This document shows positions 37,595 to 46,786 of a stretch of 60,657 nt of DNA, in pieces. The stretch's first letter is position 1. Every line of letters begins with the position of its first letter. Source of the stretch: an uncultured Gammaproteobacteria bacterium. GTDB lineage: Bacteria > Patescibacteriota > Microgenomatia > Daviesbacterales > UBA10151. The stretch is taken from positions 116,062 through 176,718 of the forward strand of contig CAZAZW010000001.1 in NCBI GenBank assembly GCA_964489875.1. The letters are read 5' to 3'. A program made the translations under genes and the position numbers. The notes under the pieces are model-generated. The model saw only the letters and a list, made by a program, of their open reading frames with translations. It had not been told where the DNA came from and searched no databases.

Positions 37595-38956
37595 ATGAAG
37601 CGCCTCTTCACCGTATCAATCTTATTAACACTCCCGCTTTTTTTCTATAAATTAGGACAAACTTCTTTAGTCAGTTGGGACGAGGCATGGTACGGCGAAA
37701 TTGCCAGAAATATTATAAAATCCGGTGATCTAATAAACTTAACCTGGAATAGTAGTCCTTATTTTGATCACCCTCCCACAGGATTTTGGTTAATGGCGGC
37801 GGCTTATAAACTGTTTGAAATCAATGAATTCTGGACTAGATTCCCTTCCGCCATAGCCGGCATTACCAGCATTATTTTACTTTATCTTTTAGGAAAAAAG
37901 CTCTTTAATCCCCTAGTTGGTATATCATCCGCCATAGCTTTATCTTCGGCAATTTGGTTTATTTTTAGATCCCGTTCAGGAAACCTGGATATTATTTTGA
38001 CCATGTTTTTTTTACTTACTTTTCTACTGGCAGTTAAAGCTCACGAAAATAAAAAATACCTTTACCCTTTCGTAATAAGTCTGTCCTTACTTTTTCTGAC
38101 AAAAACCATGGTGCCTTTGGCAATTGTCCCACCAATAATCTTAATCTTTTATAGAAACAAGCTATACAAATTGCGGGATTTAATACTTCCTACCCTATTA
38201 TTTTTTACCATTGCCGGAGGTTGGTTTGTCAGTCAAATAATACAGTATCCTAACATCATTCAAAATTATTTGGGAGTAGGGCTTAGGGGAGTAAACTTAC
38301 AGTCTAGCTATTCTGCCAATTTATTACTTACTAAAGATTATCTATACAATGGCATTGGCAGGTGGTTTTGGCCTGGGGTTTTATCATTAGGATTATCAAT
38401 ATTCCTGATGCAAAAAAAGTTCTTCATTTTATTAATATTTTTTGTTTCTTTTATCTTGCCAATAATTTTCTCCCCAAAAATACAAATTTGGCACCTTATA
38501 CCGCTTTTTCCAATTTTACTTTTAAGTTATTTTGGCTTTGTTTTTGCTTTTTTAGAAAAATATCTTCCTAGATGGAAGTATCAATTATACGGAGTTATTC
38601 TATTTTTCAGCGCTTTCATTTATGTAACCCAAATTAAAATGATTTGGTATCAGTTCATTGATATTCCGGCGTTTATTTCTGATGAAGCAATCCTCTCAAA
38701 AGAAGCTGGCAAATATTCCCAAAAGTTTATTGTGGACGGTGAATACAGACCGGCCGCATTATTTTATTCGGAGAAAGGTAGTATTACACAAGCGCCAAAA
38801 AAAGAAGAGGATTTTGTTTCTTTACTAAACAGTAAAGATAATTTTTTATTAATTACCAATAAATGGCGACTTGATAATGCGAAAATCCCACCTCAGAATT
38901 ACCAAATCCTCAAAGAGGACCGAGATAAAGTTTTAATTTTACACGCAATACAATGA
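37595..38956 (+). CDS. ArnT-like GT-C glycosyltransferase
   Basis: SWDEAWY, YFDHPP, FWTRFPSA, RSGNLD and LFLTK motifs. Confidence 0.82.
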   Translation: MKRLFTVSILLTLPLFFYKLGQTSLVSWDEAWYGEIARNIIKSGDLINLTWNSSPYFDHPPTGFWLMAAAYKLFEINEFWTRFPSAIAGITSIILLYLLGKKLFNPLVGISSAIALSSAIWFIFRSRSGNLDIILTMFFLLTFLLAVKAHENKKYLYPFVISLSLLFLTKTMVPLAIVPPIILIFYRNKLYKLRDLILPTLLFFTIAGGWFVSQIIQYPNIIQNYLGVGLRGVNLQSSYSANLLLTKDYLYNGIGRWFWPGVLSLGLSIFLMQKKFFILLIFFVSFILPIIFSPKIQIWHLIPLFPILLLSYFGFVFAFLEKYLPRWKYQLYGVILFFSAFIYVTQIKMIWYQFIDIPAFISDEAILSKEAGKYSQKFIVDGEYRPAALFYSEKGSITQAPKKEEDFVSLLNSKDNFLLITNKWRLDNAKIPPQNYQILKEDRDKVLILHAIQ

Positions 38957-38966
38957 ATTTTCTCTT

Positions 38967-41738
38967 TTAATTTGGGTAATGACACCTTTTGTATTTCCTA
39001 CCACTCCCACACCAACATGGATCGTTTCTGCCGATTTTTCCATGGGCTTTAGTTAATTGCCCTTGCTGTCCATAAGTTTCCTCGGCAATTACCTGTCCTC
39101 CCCTTTCGATAGTAACTTTAGTTTCACCATCACCTGACTGCAAAATCGGAGATGGAGCTTGCTCTTTGGAAACTTCACTATCCGGCCTTTCAATTTTGAC
39201 CTTAGCCCCAATTTCTCTAGCCTCAGTTGCAACACCAATTTCAATTTCCGGATGCTTTTCCTCAACTGCCACCGGCTGCTCGGAAACAGGAGCTTGTCCT
39301 TGTACTGCTACTTTATATATCCTGTGGACAATTTCATAATCTATCTCTATCATTAATTTTTCAAACAAATCAAACCCCTCTCTTTTGTATTCAATCAAAG
39401 GATCTCTTTGGGCATATCCCCGAAGGCCGATTCCGGAGCGCAGATCATCCATGGTATCCAAATGCTCAATCCACAAGGTATCAATGGTATTAAGATAAAC
39501 AAACACCTCCATTTGCCGGGCAACTTCTCCTCCTACTTGTTTCTCTCGCTGCTCGTAAAAATTAACGGAAAGATCAGTTAAAAATTTGATAATTTCATCG
39601 GTATTGGAGAATGCGGTAATCTTACCTTCTACCTCTTTCCGGCTATTGTCATCCAACGGGATAATGCTAATAAATTCTTCCGCTATTTTCTTAGCATCAA
39701 TTCCCTCTTCTGAGGAAATTATAACAACGTTGCTAACTTCCCGGCTTACTTTTTCCAGTATCTCTTCTTTGAGAGATAGATTCTTCTCCGCCAGCTGGCG
39801 GATCAGAATGACAGGAGAGGCTGTTTCCAAAACCTTTTTTCTCACTTCATAAATAATTTGCCTTTGCTGGTTCATCACGTCATCATATTCAACAGTGTGT
39901 TTCCTAATATCGAAGTTGTGACCTTCCACCTTCTTTTGAGCTCCTTCAATTGCTTTGGAAATTAAACCATGCTCAATCGGCACATCTTCCGGCATTTTCA
40001 GGAAATTCATTACTTTGGAAACCTGCTCCCCGCCAAAAATCCTCATCAAATCATCTTCCAAAGACACAAAAAACCTGGTCTCTCCAGGATCTCCCTGCCT
40101 ACCTGATCGGCCCCGCAGTTGATTATCTATCCTTCTTGATTCATGCCTTTCAGTCCCCACTACATATAAACCACCTAACTTATCAACATCTTTTGACAAA
40201 ATAATATCTACTCCCCGGCCTGCCATATTAGTAGCCACAGTGACGGCCCCTTTTTCTCCGGCGTGGGATATAATTTCCGCTTCTTTTTCGTGATTTTTGG
40301 CATTTAAAAGCGCATGGGATATCCCTTTTCGCTTTAGAAGATCAGAGAGAAATTCATTTTTATCAATAGCAGTAGTCCCAACCAAAACAGGTTGGCCCTT
40401 TTTATGCAATTCCTCTACCAAATTTGCTACAGCCGTATATTTAGCCGATTGAGTTTTATAAATGGTGTCCGGATGATCCGCTCTGACCATAGGGTTATTG
40501 GTGGGTATCACCACCACTTCCAGTTTATAAATTTTGTTAAATTCCTCAGCCTCAGTGGCTGCTGTTCCTGTCATTCCTGAAAGCTTTTTGTACATCCTGA
40601 AGTAATTTTGAAAAGAAATAGTTGCCAAAGTTTGTGACTCTTGTTGGATATGGACACCTTCTTTAGCCTCGATCGCCTGATGTAAACCCTCCGAATACCT
40701 TCTTCCTAACATCAGTCTGCCGGTAAATTCATCAACAATAATTACCTCCCCATCCTTAACCACATAATCCTTATCTTTTTGAAACAAGGTCCTGGCTTTT
40801 AGCGCTTCTTCCAGATGATGAAGAGTAGAAAAGTCCTTTTCATAAAGGTTATCTACACCCAACATTTTTTCGATCTTTAAAGTTCCATGCTCAGTTAAAT
40901 GGGCTGTTCTTTGTTTTTCATCAATGCTGTAGTCGGAAGGAGAAAGTGAATCTATTATTTTGGAAAACTGGTAATATTTTTCCGTCGCCTCCTGGGCGGG
41001 TTGAGAAATTATTAAAGGAGTTCTGGCTTCATCAATTAAAATGGAATCTACCTCGTCAACAACTGCAAAAAAGTGACCCCGCTGGGATTGGTCTGATAAT
41101 CGAAACACCATGTTATCCCGCAGGTAATCAAAACCAAATTCATTATTAGTGCCATAAGTAATATCTGCCTCATAAGCTTCCTTTCTGCTAATCGGACGCA
41201 GGTGCTGTAAACGGGAATCGTTGTGCGAAGTATCTTTGTGTTTGGGATCATAAATAAAAGCGCTGTCATGAACTATAGTGGCACAGCTTGCGCCGAGCGC
41301 ATAGTATATCGGTCCCATCCATCCGCAATCCCGCTGGGCCAAATAATCATTGACTGTCACTAGGTGTACACCTTTCCCGGCGACGGCATTTAAAAATAGC
41401 GCAGGCGTGGCTGACAGGGTTTTTCCTTCTCCGGTTTTTTGCTCAGCAATTCTTCCTTGGTGTAAAACAGTTGCCGCCATCATCTGGACATCAAAATGGC
41501 GCTGATTAATTACCCTTTTGGAGGCTTCCCTAACAAGAGCAAAGGCCTCAGGTAAAAGCTCATCCAAGCTTTTTCCTTTTTCATGTTCCCGCTTCAGCTT
41601 TTCAAAACTACCCTTAAGCTCTTTATCACTTAATTTTGCCACCTTTTTCTCAAAGTTGTTGATCGTCTCAACAATAACTTTAAGCTTTTGTATTTCTCTC
41701 TCGTTTGAATCAAGCAGTTTACCTAAAAAACCTAACAT
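38967..41738 (-). CDS. secA: Preprotein translocase subunit SecA
   Basis: QKTGEGKT, DEVDSILIDEARTPLII, TNMAGRGVDI, QLRGRSGRQGDPG and the C-terminal CWCGSGRKYKRCH. Start taken at ATG 41738. Confidence 0.97.
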   Translation of the reverse strand: MLGFLGKLLDSNEREIQKLKVIVETINNFEKKVAKLSDKELKGSFEKLKREHEKGKSLDELLPEAFALVREASKRVINQRHFDVQMMAATVLHQGRIAEQKTGEGKTLSATPALFLNAVAGKGVHLVTVNDYLAQRDCGWMGPIYYALGASCATIVHDSAFIYDPKHKDTSHNDSRLQHLRPISRKEAYEADITYGTNNEFGFDYLRDNMVFRLSDQSQRGHFFAVVDEVDSILIDEARTPLIISQPAQEATEKYYQFSKIIDSLSPSDYSIDEKQRTAHLTEHGTLKIEKMLGVDNLYEKDFSTLHHLEEALKARTLFQKDKDYVVKDGEVIIVDEFTGRLMLGRRYSEGLHQAIEAKEGVHIQQESQTLATISFQNYFRMYKKLSGMTGTAATEAEEFNKIYKLEVVVIPTNNPMVRADHPDTIYKTQSAKYTAVANLVEELHKKGQPVLVGTTAIDKNEFLSDLLKRKGISHALLNAKNHEKEAEIISHAGEKGAVTVATNMAGRGVDIILSKDVDKLGGLYVVGTERHESRRIDNQLRGRSGRQGDPGETRFFVSLEDDLMRIFGGEQVSKVMNFLKMPEDVPIEHGLISKAIEGAQKKVEGHNFDIRKHTVEYDDVMNQQRQIIYEVRKKVLETASPVILIRQLAEKNLSLKEEILEKVSREVSNVVIISSEEGIDAKKIAEEFISIIPLDDNSRKEVEGKITAFSNTDEIIKFLTDLSVNFYEQREKQVGGEVARQMEVFVYLNTIDTLWIEHLDTMDDLRSGIGLRGYAQRDPLIEYKREGFDLFEKLMIEIDYEIVHRIYKVAVQGQAPVSEQPVAVEEKHPEIEIGVATEAREIGAKVKIERPDSEVSKEQAPSPILQSGDGETKVTIERGGQVIAEETYGQQGQLTKAHGKIGRNDPCWCGSGRKYKRCHYPN
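39778..39812. repeat. REP/RPE-like palindromic element in frame within secA
   Basis: AGATTCTTC-TCCGCCAGCTGGCGGA-TCAGAATGAC contains a perfect 16-bp palindrome at 39787-39802. Confidence 0.8.
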
Positions 41739-41821
41739 AGTTTGTATATTATAGCCGCACATTGATACATTGACAATTTGCAACCGCTTTTATACACTAA
41801 AAATACTTAAAATCTGCCCTA

Positions 41822-43072
41822 ATGGACAATCAGAATAATCCAAATTTACCTAATAATCCGAACGTTCCTCCTGCTGATTCCCCACCTGACAATCCGACTC
41901 CTTTACCTAACACACCGACAACTCCCTCCTGGCCACCAGCAGACCCAATGCAAACAACACCTCCAACAGATCCAACACCCACACCTACAACTAACTTAGG
42001 TAGCAGCGGAGCTACTGATTCTAACCCCGGTTGGATTTCTGAGCTTCCCGCTGCACCGGCTTCTGAGCCTGTGGCCACCACTGAACCCACTCCTAATGCC
42101 TGGCCCCCATCTCAGCCTGATTCCTCTAGCATACCAACCAGTGCATGGCCTACTCCGACAGCTCCACCAACTTCCAGTCCAATCGGATCTGATTCAAGCT
42201 CTCCTGTGCCGGAACCAAACCCGCTTCAATCAGAGCCAGTCCCGGCTCCAACTCAGATCGAATCAGCTGGATCAGAACTAACCGTTCCTCAACCGGCTTC
42301 AGATACAGCTTCTATTGGGACCCCGATGGCCGAGTCGACACCAACCCAAGCAGCTGCTCAACCTGAGCCAACACTATCTCCAACAGAATCAATGCCTACA
42401 TTTACACCACCCATGCCGGATCAATCAACGCCTACTGAATCCCCTGCGCTACCCAATACTGCTGACAATGGGCTATCCCAACCACCCGCCTCTTCACCAT
42501 TGGATAATCCATGGGGATCACCACCTCAAGCTCCACCCATAGACCAACCTCAATCCCCCACTCAACCGAGTTGGACGAGTATTCCTACAAATCCTACTGA
42601 TGGCCCAACGAATACTCCGCCAACACCGCAGGAAGCTGCTCCGACAGACCTTTCTCATTTAATCTCCAACAACCAGACAGAACCAACTAATCAATCTGCT
42701 GAAAGCATAGCAGCTCCAACTACTTCCCCTGCGGCTCCGGAAGTACCAAAATTACCAACTGAAGCTCGCAAGGGGATACCTAAATGGCTGATCGGTTTAG
42801 GAGGAGGACTATTATTACTTGTGATTGGAGCCTCTGCTTATTTTATACTGGGAATTGGTCAACCTACTAAAACTACCAGTTTACCGGCAACTACAGTTCC
42901 AGAGGAAACTACACAAGTTAGACTACCTCCCCCAATTGCCACACCTGCTGCTCAGCCTTCACAACAACCTGCCAGTGGTTCTGCTAATTTTGGTGAGCTT
43001 GGAGGTAGCGGTGGCAATCAAAGTGCAACATCTGCTGCCGAACTCCTTCGTCAAAGACAACAAGGAATGTAA
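41822..43072 (+). CDS. Pro/Thr/Ser-rich low-complexity protein with one TM near the C-terminus
   Basis: About 320 aa P/T/S-rich region, then KWLIGLGGGLLLLVIGASAYFILGI. Confidence 0.8.
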   Translation: MDNQNNPNLPNNPNVPPADSPPDNPTPLPNTPTTPSWPPADPMQTTPPTDPTPTPTTNLGSSGATDSNPGWISELPAAPASEPVATTEPTPNAWPPSQPDSSSIPTSAWPTPTAPPTSSPIGSDSSSPVPEPNPLQSEPVPAPTQIESAGSELTVPQPASDTASIGTPMAESTPTQAAAQPEPTLSPTESMPTFTPPMPDQSTPTESPALPNTADNGLSQPPASSPLDNPWGSPPQAPPIDQPQSPTQPSWTSIPTNPTDGPTNTPPTPQEAAPTDLSHLISNNQTEPTNQSAESIAAPTTSPAAPEVPKLPTEARKGIPKWLIGLGGGLLLLVIGASAYFILGIGQPTKTTSLPATTVPEETTQVRLPPPIATPAAQPSQQPASGSANFGELGGSGGNQSATSAAELLRQRQQGM

Positions 43073-43342
43073 TTACTTTTCGTGTATATACTTTAACCAC
43101 AACTTCTTTATAAAGGGAGCTGAGAGTGTGGATAGCAGAAAAGCTATTGTAGGAACAATTGCTGTCTCCATCGGGTCAGGCGCGCCTACATAAAAGAAAA
43201 ATACTGCAACTACTACATAAGTTAAAACAGCCACCATAATTCTTCTTGTCCAGGATACTTCCCATGATTTCTCACGTTCTACTCTTTTATTTCTCTGTTT
43301 TATCAGGTTTATCTCTTTTTCCAAATCTTCAATTGTGGCCAT
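43073..43342 (-). CDS. Small hypothetical membrane protein
   Basis: Last gene of the lysS-HD-serS run; coiled N-terminus, WEVSWTRR, two TM segments. Confidence 0.75.
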   Translation of the reverse strand: MATIEDLEKEINLIKQRNKRVEREKSWEVSWTRRIMVAVLTYVVVAVFFFYVGAPDPMETAIVPTIAFLLSTLSAPFIKKLWLKYIHEK

Positions 43343-43345
43343 ATT

Positions 43346-44578
43346 TTACTTAAGGTTAATCTCGGAAAAACCGGTGTATTTTTGGAGTACTTCCGGAATT
43401 TTTACTGAACCGTCTTCCTGTTGAAAATTTTCCAAAATGGCAATTAAAATCCTGGGGGAAGCAATAGCAGTGTTATTTAAGGCATGACAATATTTTACCT
43501 GACCATCTTTGCTGCGATATTTAATCTTTAATCTTCTGGTTTGAAAATCCAAAACTATAGAATTTGAATGGGTTTCACCATAACCCTCTCGCCCCGGCAT
43601 CCAGGTTTCTATGTCATAAGTTAAAGCCGCTTTTTTACCCATATCTCGGGAGGATAAAATTACCACTTGATAGGGGAGACCAATCTCCTGCAAAATATCC
43701 TCACTATTATCCTGCAGTTCTTCAAAAAAGCCTAAGGATTCCTGCTCATCTGCTTCACATAAAACTACCTGTTCTACTTTGTAAAACTCATGTACCCTAT
43801 AGAGTCCCTTAGTATCTTTTCCGTAAGAGCCTATTTCTGTCCGGAAACAGGCTGACATTCCGACATATTTTTTAGGTAAATCATTTAGGTCAAATGTTTC
43901 ATCTGAGTGCATAGCCATTAAAGGAATCTCTGCAGTTCCTACCAGAAAATCTTCATCCCCCACTTTGTATGTATCTTCTTCATTCCAAGGAAATTGCCCG
44001 CCACCCAACAGTGCAAACCTTCTATTAATTACCGGTGGGACAACCGGCTGAAAACCTTTTTGGGTTAAGTGGTCAAATGCAAATTGTAAAACTGCCCAGT
44101 GCAGCCTAGCCCCTTCATTTTTTAAGTAATACCCCCGGAACCCTCCAACCTTTACTCCCCTATCAAAGTCGATAATATTTAAGAGTTTTCCCAGTTCTAT
44201 ATGGTCTTTAAGTTTAAAGGAAAACTCGGGCGGTTCCCCTTCTTTTCTGATAACTTTATTTTTGGATGCATCCCCAATTGGGACCTCGTCCAGTAAAATA
44301 TTGGGCATTAATAACATTAAACTTTGCCACTCCTGCTCAACCTCTTTTAACTTCTTCTCCAAACCATCCAATTCTTCTTTTACCTTTTTGCCGGCTTCAA
44401 TATCCCTGGCTTTAGCCGCTTCATTTCTTTTAGCCCGGAGTGTATCTCCTTTAGCAGTTAAATCTCTTCTCTCGCCGTCAAGTTTAAGTAATTTTTCCAA
44501 ACCTACATCAGCCTTTCTGGCTTCAATGGATTTTTTTACTTTTTCTAAATTGTCTTTAATATAATTAATATCTAACAT
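43346..44578 (-). CDS. serS: Serine--tRNA ligase
   Basis: MLDINYIK, GTAEIP, FRTEIGSYG-DTKGLYRVHEF and HALNNTAIA motifs. Start taken at ATG 44578. Confidence 0.96.
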   Translation of the reverse strand: MLDINYIKDNLEKVKKSIEARKADVGLEKLLKLDGERRDLTAKGDTLRAKRNEAAKARDIEAGKKVKEELDGLEKKLKEVEQEWQSLMLLMPNILLDEVPIGDASKNKVIRKEGEPPEFSFKLKDHIELGKLLNIIDFDRGVKVGGFRGYYLKNEGARLHWAVLQFAFDHLTQKGFQPVVPPVINRRFALLGGGQFPWNEEDTYKVGDEDFLVGTAEIPLMAMHSDETFDLNDLPKKYVGMSACFRTEIGSYGKDTKGLYRVHEFYKVEQVVLCEADEQESLGFFEELQDNSEDILQEIGLPYQVVILSSRDMGKKAALTYDIETWMPGREGYGETHSNSIVLDFQTRRLKIKYRSKDGQVKYCHALNNTAIASPRILIAILENFQQEDGSVKIPEVLQKYTGFSEINLK

Positions 44579-44579
44579 A

Positions 44580-45170
44580 TCATTTTTTTTGCCATTCTCT
44601 TCCGGGTTCCACTTCCCCACTTAAAATTAAATCAACAGCCTGCTTATGCCAGTCAAATTTTGTAATGTGGTAAACCCTCTTAAAATATTTTAACGCATCC
44701 TGTGCTCCCGGTACACCCTTGGCTTGAGCCAGCGCATCCAAATTATCAGCAGCCTTTACTAACCTGGCCTCTATAGATTGCCTATCGTTGTATTCTTCAA
44801 CCAGTTCTATTATTTCCTCTTTTGAATCAAGTCCTTCAACTAAAGCCTTCACCCCTTCTTCCTCAATATTTTTGAAAACCCCTCCGGCCATACCTTTAAC
44901 AAAAGTCCCCACATCCCCCACTATTGTTTCTCCCACATCATGGAAAAGCCCCATTTTTAAAACTTTCTCGGGGTCAATTTTAATTCCTTCTTTTTGTAAC
45001 TCCTTTGCCAAAAAATAAGCGAGCAGCGCTGTCACAAAAGAATGTGCTGCCACCGAATCTGCCTCATTCCTTTTAAACCCCAAGGCAATAAAGCCTTGCC
45101 TCGGCAACTCCTTTGCCCACTGCAAAGTTAGAAAAACTTTTAGTATTTTTTTTAGATCATTAACATTCAT
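44580..45170 (-). CDS. HD-domain hydrolase (YfbR/HDDC2-like 5'-deoxynucleotidase family)
   Basis: DSVAAHSF, LFHDVGETIVGD and VKAADNLD motifs; ATG overlaps the lysS stop. Confidence 0.8.
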   Translation of the reverse strand: MNVNDLKKILKVFLTLQWAKELPRQGFIALGFKRNEADSVAAHSFVTALLAYFLAKELQKEGIKIDPEKVLKMGLFHDVGETIVGDVGTFVKGMAGGVFKNIEEEGVKALVEGLDSKEEIIELVEEYNDRQSIEARLVKAADNLDALAQAKGVPGAQDALKYFKRVYHITKFDWHKQAVDLILSGEVEPGREWQKK

Positions 45171-46732
45171 TTTATAGCTTCCTGTAAACGCCTGATCACA
45201 TCTTCTTTTGGATACTGCAATAAAAACCAAGCCGCTTTTGGACCAAATTCCTTACCTATTAAGGTAATATAAATAGCAGAAAAAGCTTTCTTTGCATCAA
45301 CTTTTAACTTTTTAGTCAAATTATATAAAGCAAGCTGTAATTTTTCAGGATCATTATTTTTCTCGATCAAACCAATAGCTTGTTTGAGAAATTGCCTTTG
45401 CTCCGCAGTTAGCTCTTTGGCTTTTTCCGGCAAATCTTTACTTAAACTTAGACTAAATTCCTCTGGAGCATATTTTTCCAGCCAAATTTTTGCATACCTT
45501 GCTCTTTCATTGATTATCTTGATTTCTTCTTCTGATAACTTTCCATCATTTATTTCTTCATATTTTTTCAGGACATCAACATTAGGCATTTGGACATAAT
45601 TTACAACATCCCGAAATCTTGGCAGAAGAGTTTTTTCTTTAGGAGGCAATTTACCTATTTGAGACATCTCAAATGTTCTTACTAAATCCTGATCAGAATT
45701 TTCAATGTAGGCCCGGTAACATCTGTCATATTCATCAAAAAGATCAGGTATTGCCATGGTATCAACCGGATCAAATTCCACTGCTTGCCGAAAGTCAGTT
45801 CGGCAAAATAAAAACCTGCCAACCTCTAAAGGGAGCAAGTCGGTCAAATCCCGACCTCGGAGCCCCAAACCTTTTGATGAGGCCATCTTTTTACCGCCAA
45901 TTAAGAAAAACTCATAAGGCAAATTGTAAGGCTCATTAATCCGAAAAACTTCTTTAACAAGATCCTTAGCAATATCTCTTGACCCGCCGGCTGAGGAGTG
46001 ATCTTTACCCGCACCCTCTATAGTAATTCCCAGTACCATCCAATGCGCCGGCCAATCAACTTTCCAGGGTAGTTTCCCATTCCCCCCAAAAGGAGAAATC
46101 CTGCCAGTATAAGCACAACCCTCTGCCCATTTAACCATCTCTTTCTCACAGGTATAGGCAACAGTTTTGCCGTCCCAGCCGTGAACTCTGGTCGTACCCA
46201 ATTTGCCGCAGTTTTGACAGATTACTTGTAAAGGCAGCCAGCCTTTTTCTTTCTTTTTACTACCGCTAACTTTTTGATAAATATCCTGAATTTTGTCTGC
46301 ATTATCCAAGGCGATTTTAATCGCCTGATCAAATTTACCCTCGTGATATAAATCCCAGGAAGAATAATATTCTGGCTTTACCCCTAAGCTTTCCAGTACC
46401 CTTTTAAAATCATCAGCGAAGAAGTCTCCGAAAGAGGCAAAACCTTCTTTGGGAGAAGGAGCTTTTTTTAAAGGAAAACCTAAATATTTTGAGAAATCTT
46501 TTTCTAAATCCTCTGGTAATCCGTCAATTGGGTCAAAATCATTAATTACAAAACTAAAAGTTGCCTCCTGAACGCTATGTTTTAAAGCCTTATAGATTAG
46601 ATCATGAACCAATGGCCCTCTTAAAGAACCAATATGAGCAAAACCAGAAGGGGTAAACATATCATCCACCCAATATGGCTTGTACTTTTTTGAATCAATT
46701 ATTTCTTTTGCAACTCTATCAGCCCAATACAT
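45167..46732 (-). CDS. lysS: Class I lysine--tRNA ligase
   Basis: PSGFAHIGSLRG (HIGH), KLPWKVDWP, EGAGKDH, KMASSKG (KMSKS) and GPKAAWFL motifs. Confidence 0.93.
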   Translation of the reverse strand: MYWADRVAKEIIDSKKYKPYWVDDMFTPSGFAHIGSLRGPLVHDLIYKALKHSVQEATFSFVINDFDPIDGLPEDLEKDFSKYLGFPLKKAPSPKEGFASFGDFFADDFKRVLESLGVKPEYYSSWDLYHEGKFDQAIKIALDNADKIQDIYQKVSGSKKKEKGWLPLQVICQNCGKLGTTRVHGWDGKTVAYTCEKEMVKWAEGCAYTGRISPFGGNGKLPWKVDWPAHWMVLGITIEGAGKDHSSAGGSRDIAKDLVKEVFRINEPYNLPYEFFLIGGKKMASSKGLGLRGRDLTDLLPLEVGRFLFCRTDFRQAVEFDPVDTMAIPDLFDEYDRCYRAYIENSDQDLVRTFEMSQIGKLPPKEKTLLPRFRDVVNYVQMPNVDVLKKYEEINDGKLSEEEIKIINERARYAKIWLEKYAPEEFSLSLSKDLPEKAKELTAEQRQFLKQAIGLIEKNNDPEKLQLALYNLTKKLKVDAKKAFSAIYITLIGKEFGPKAAWFLLQYPKEDVIRRLQEAIK

Positions 46733-46786
46733 GAGTAGAGTATAACCTTACCCTGCAGTTTTGACAATGAAGAGTAGCCGTATATA

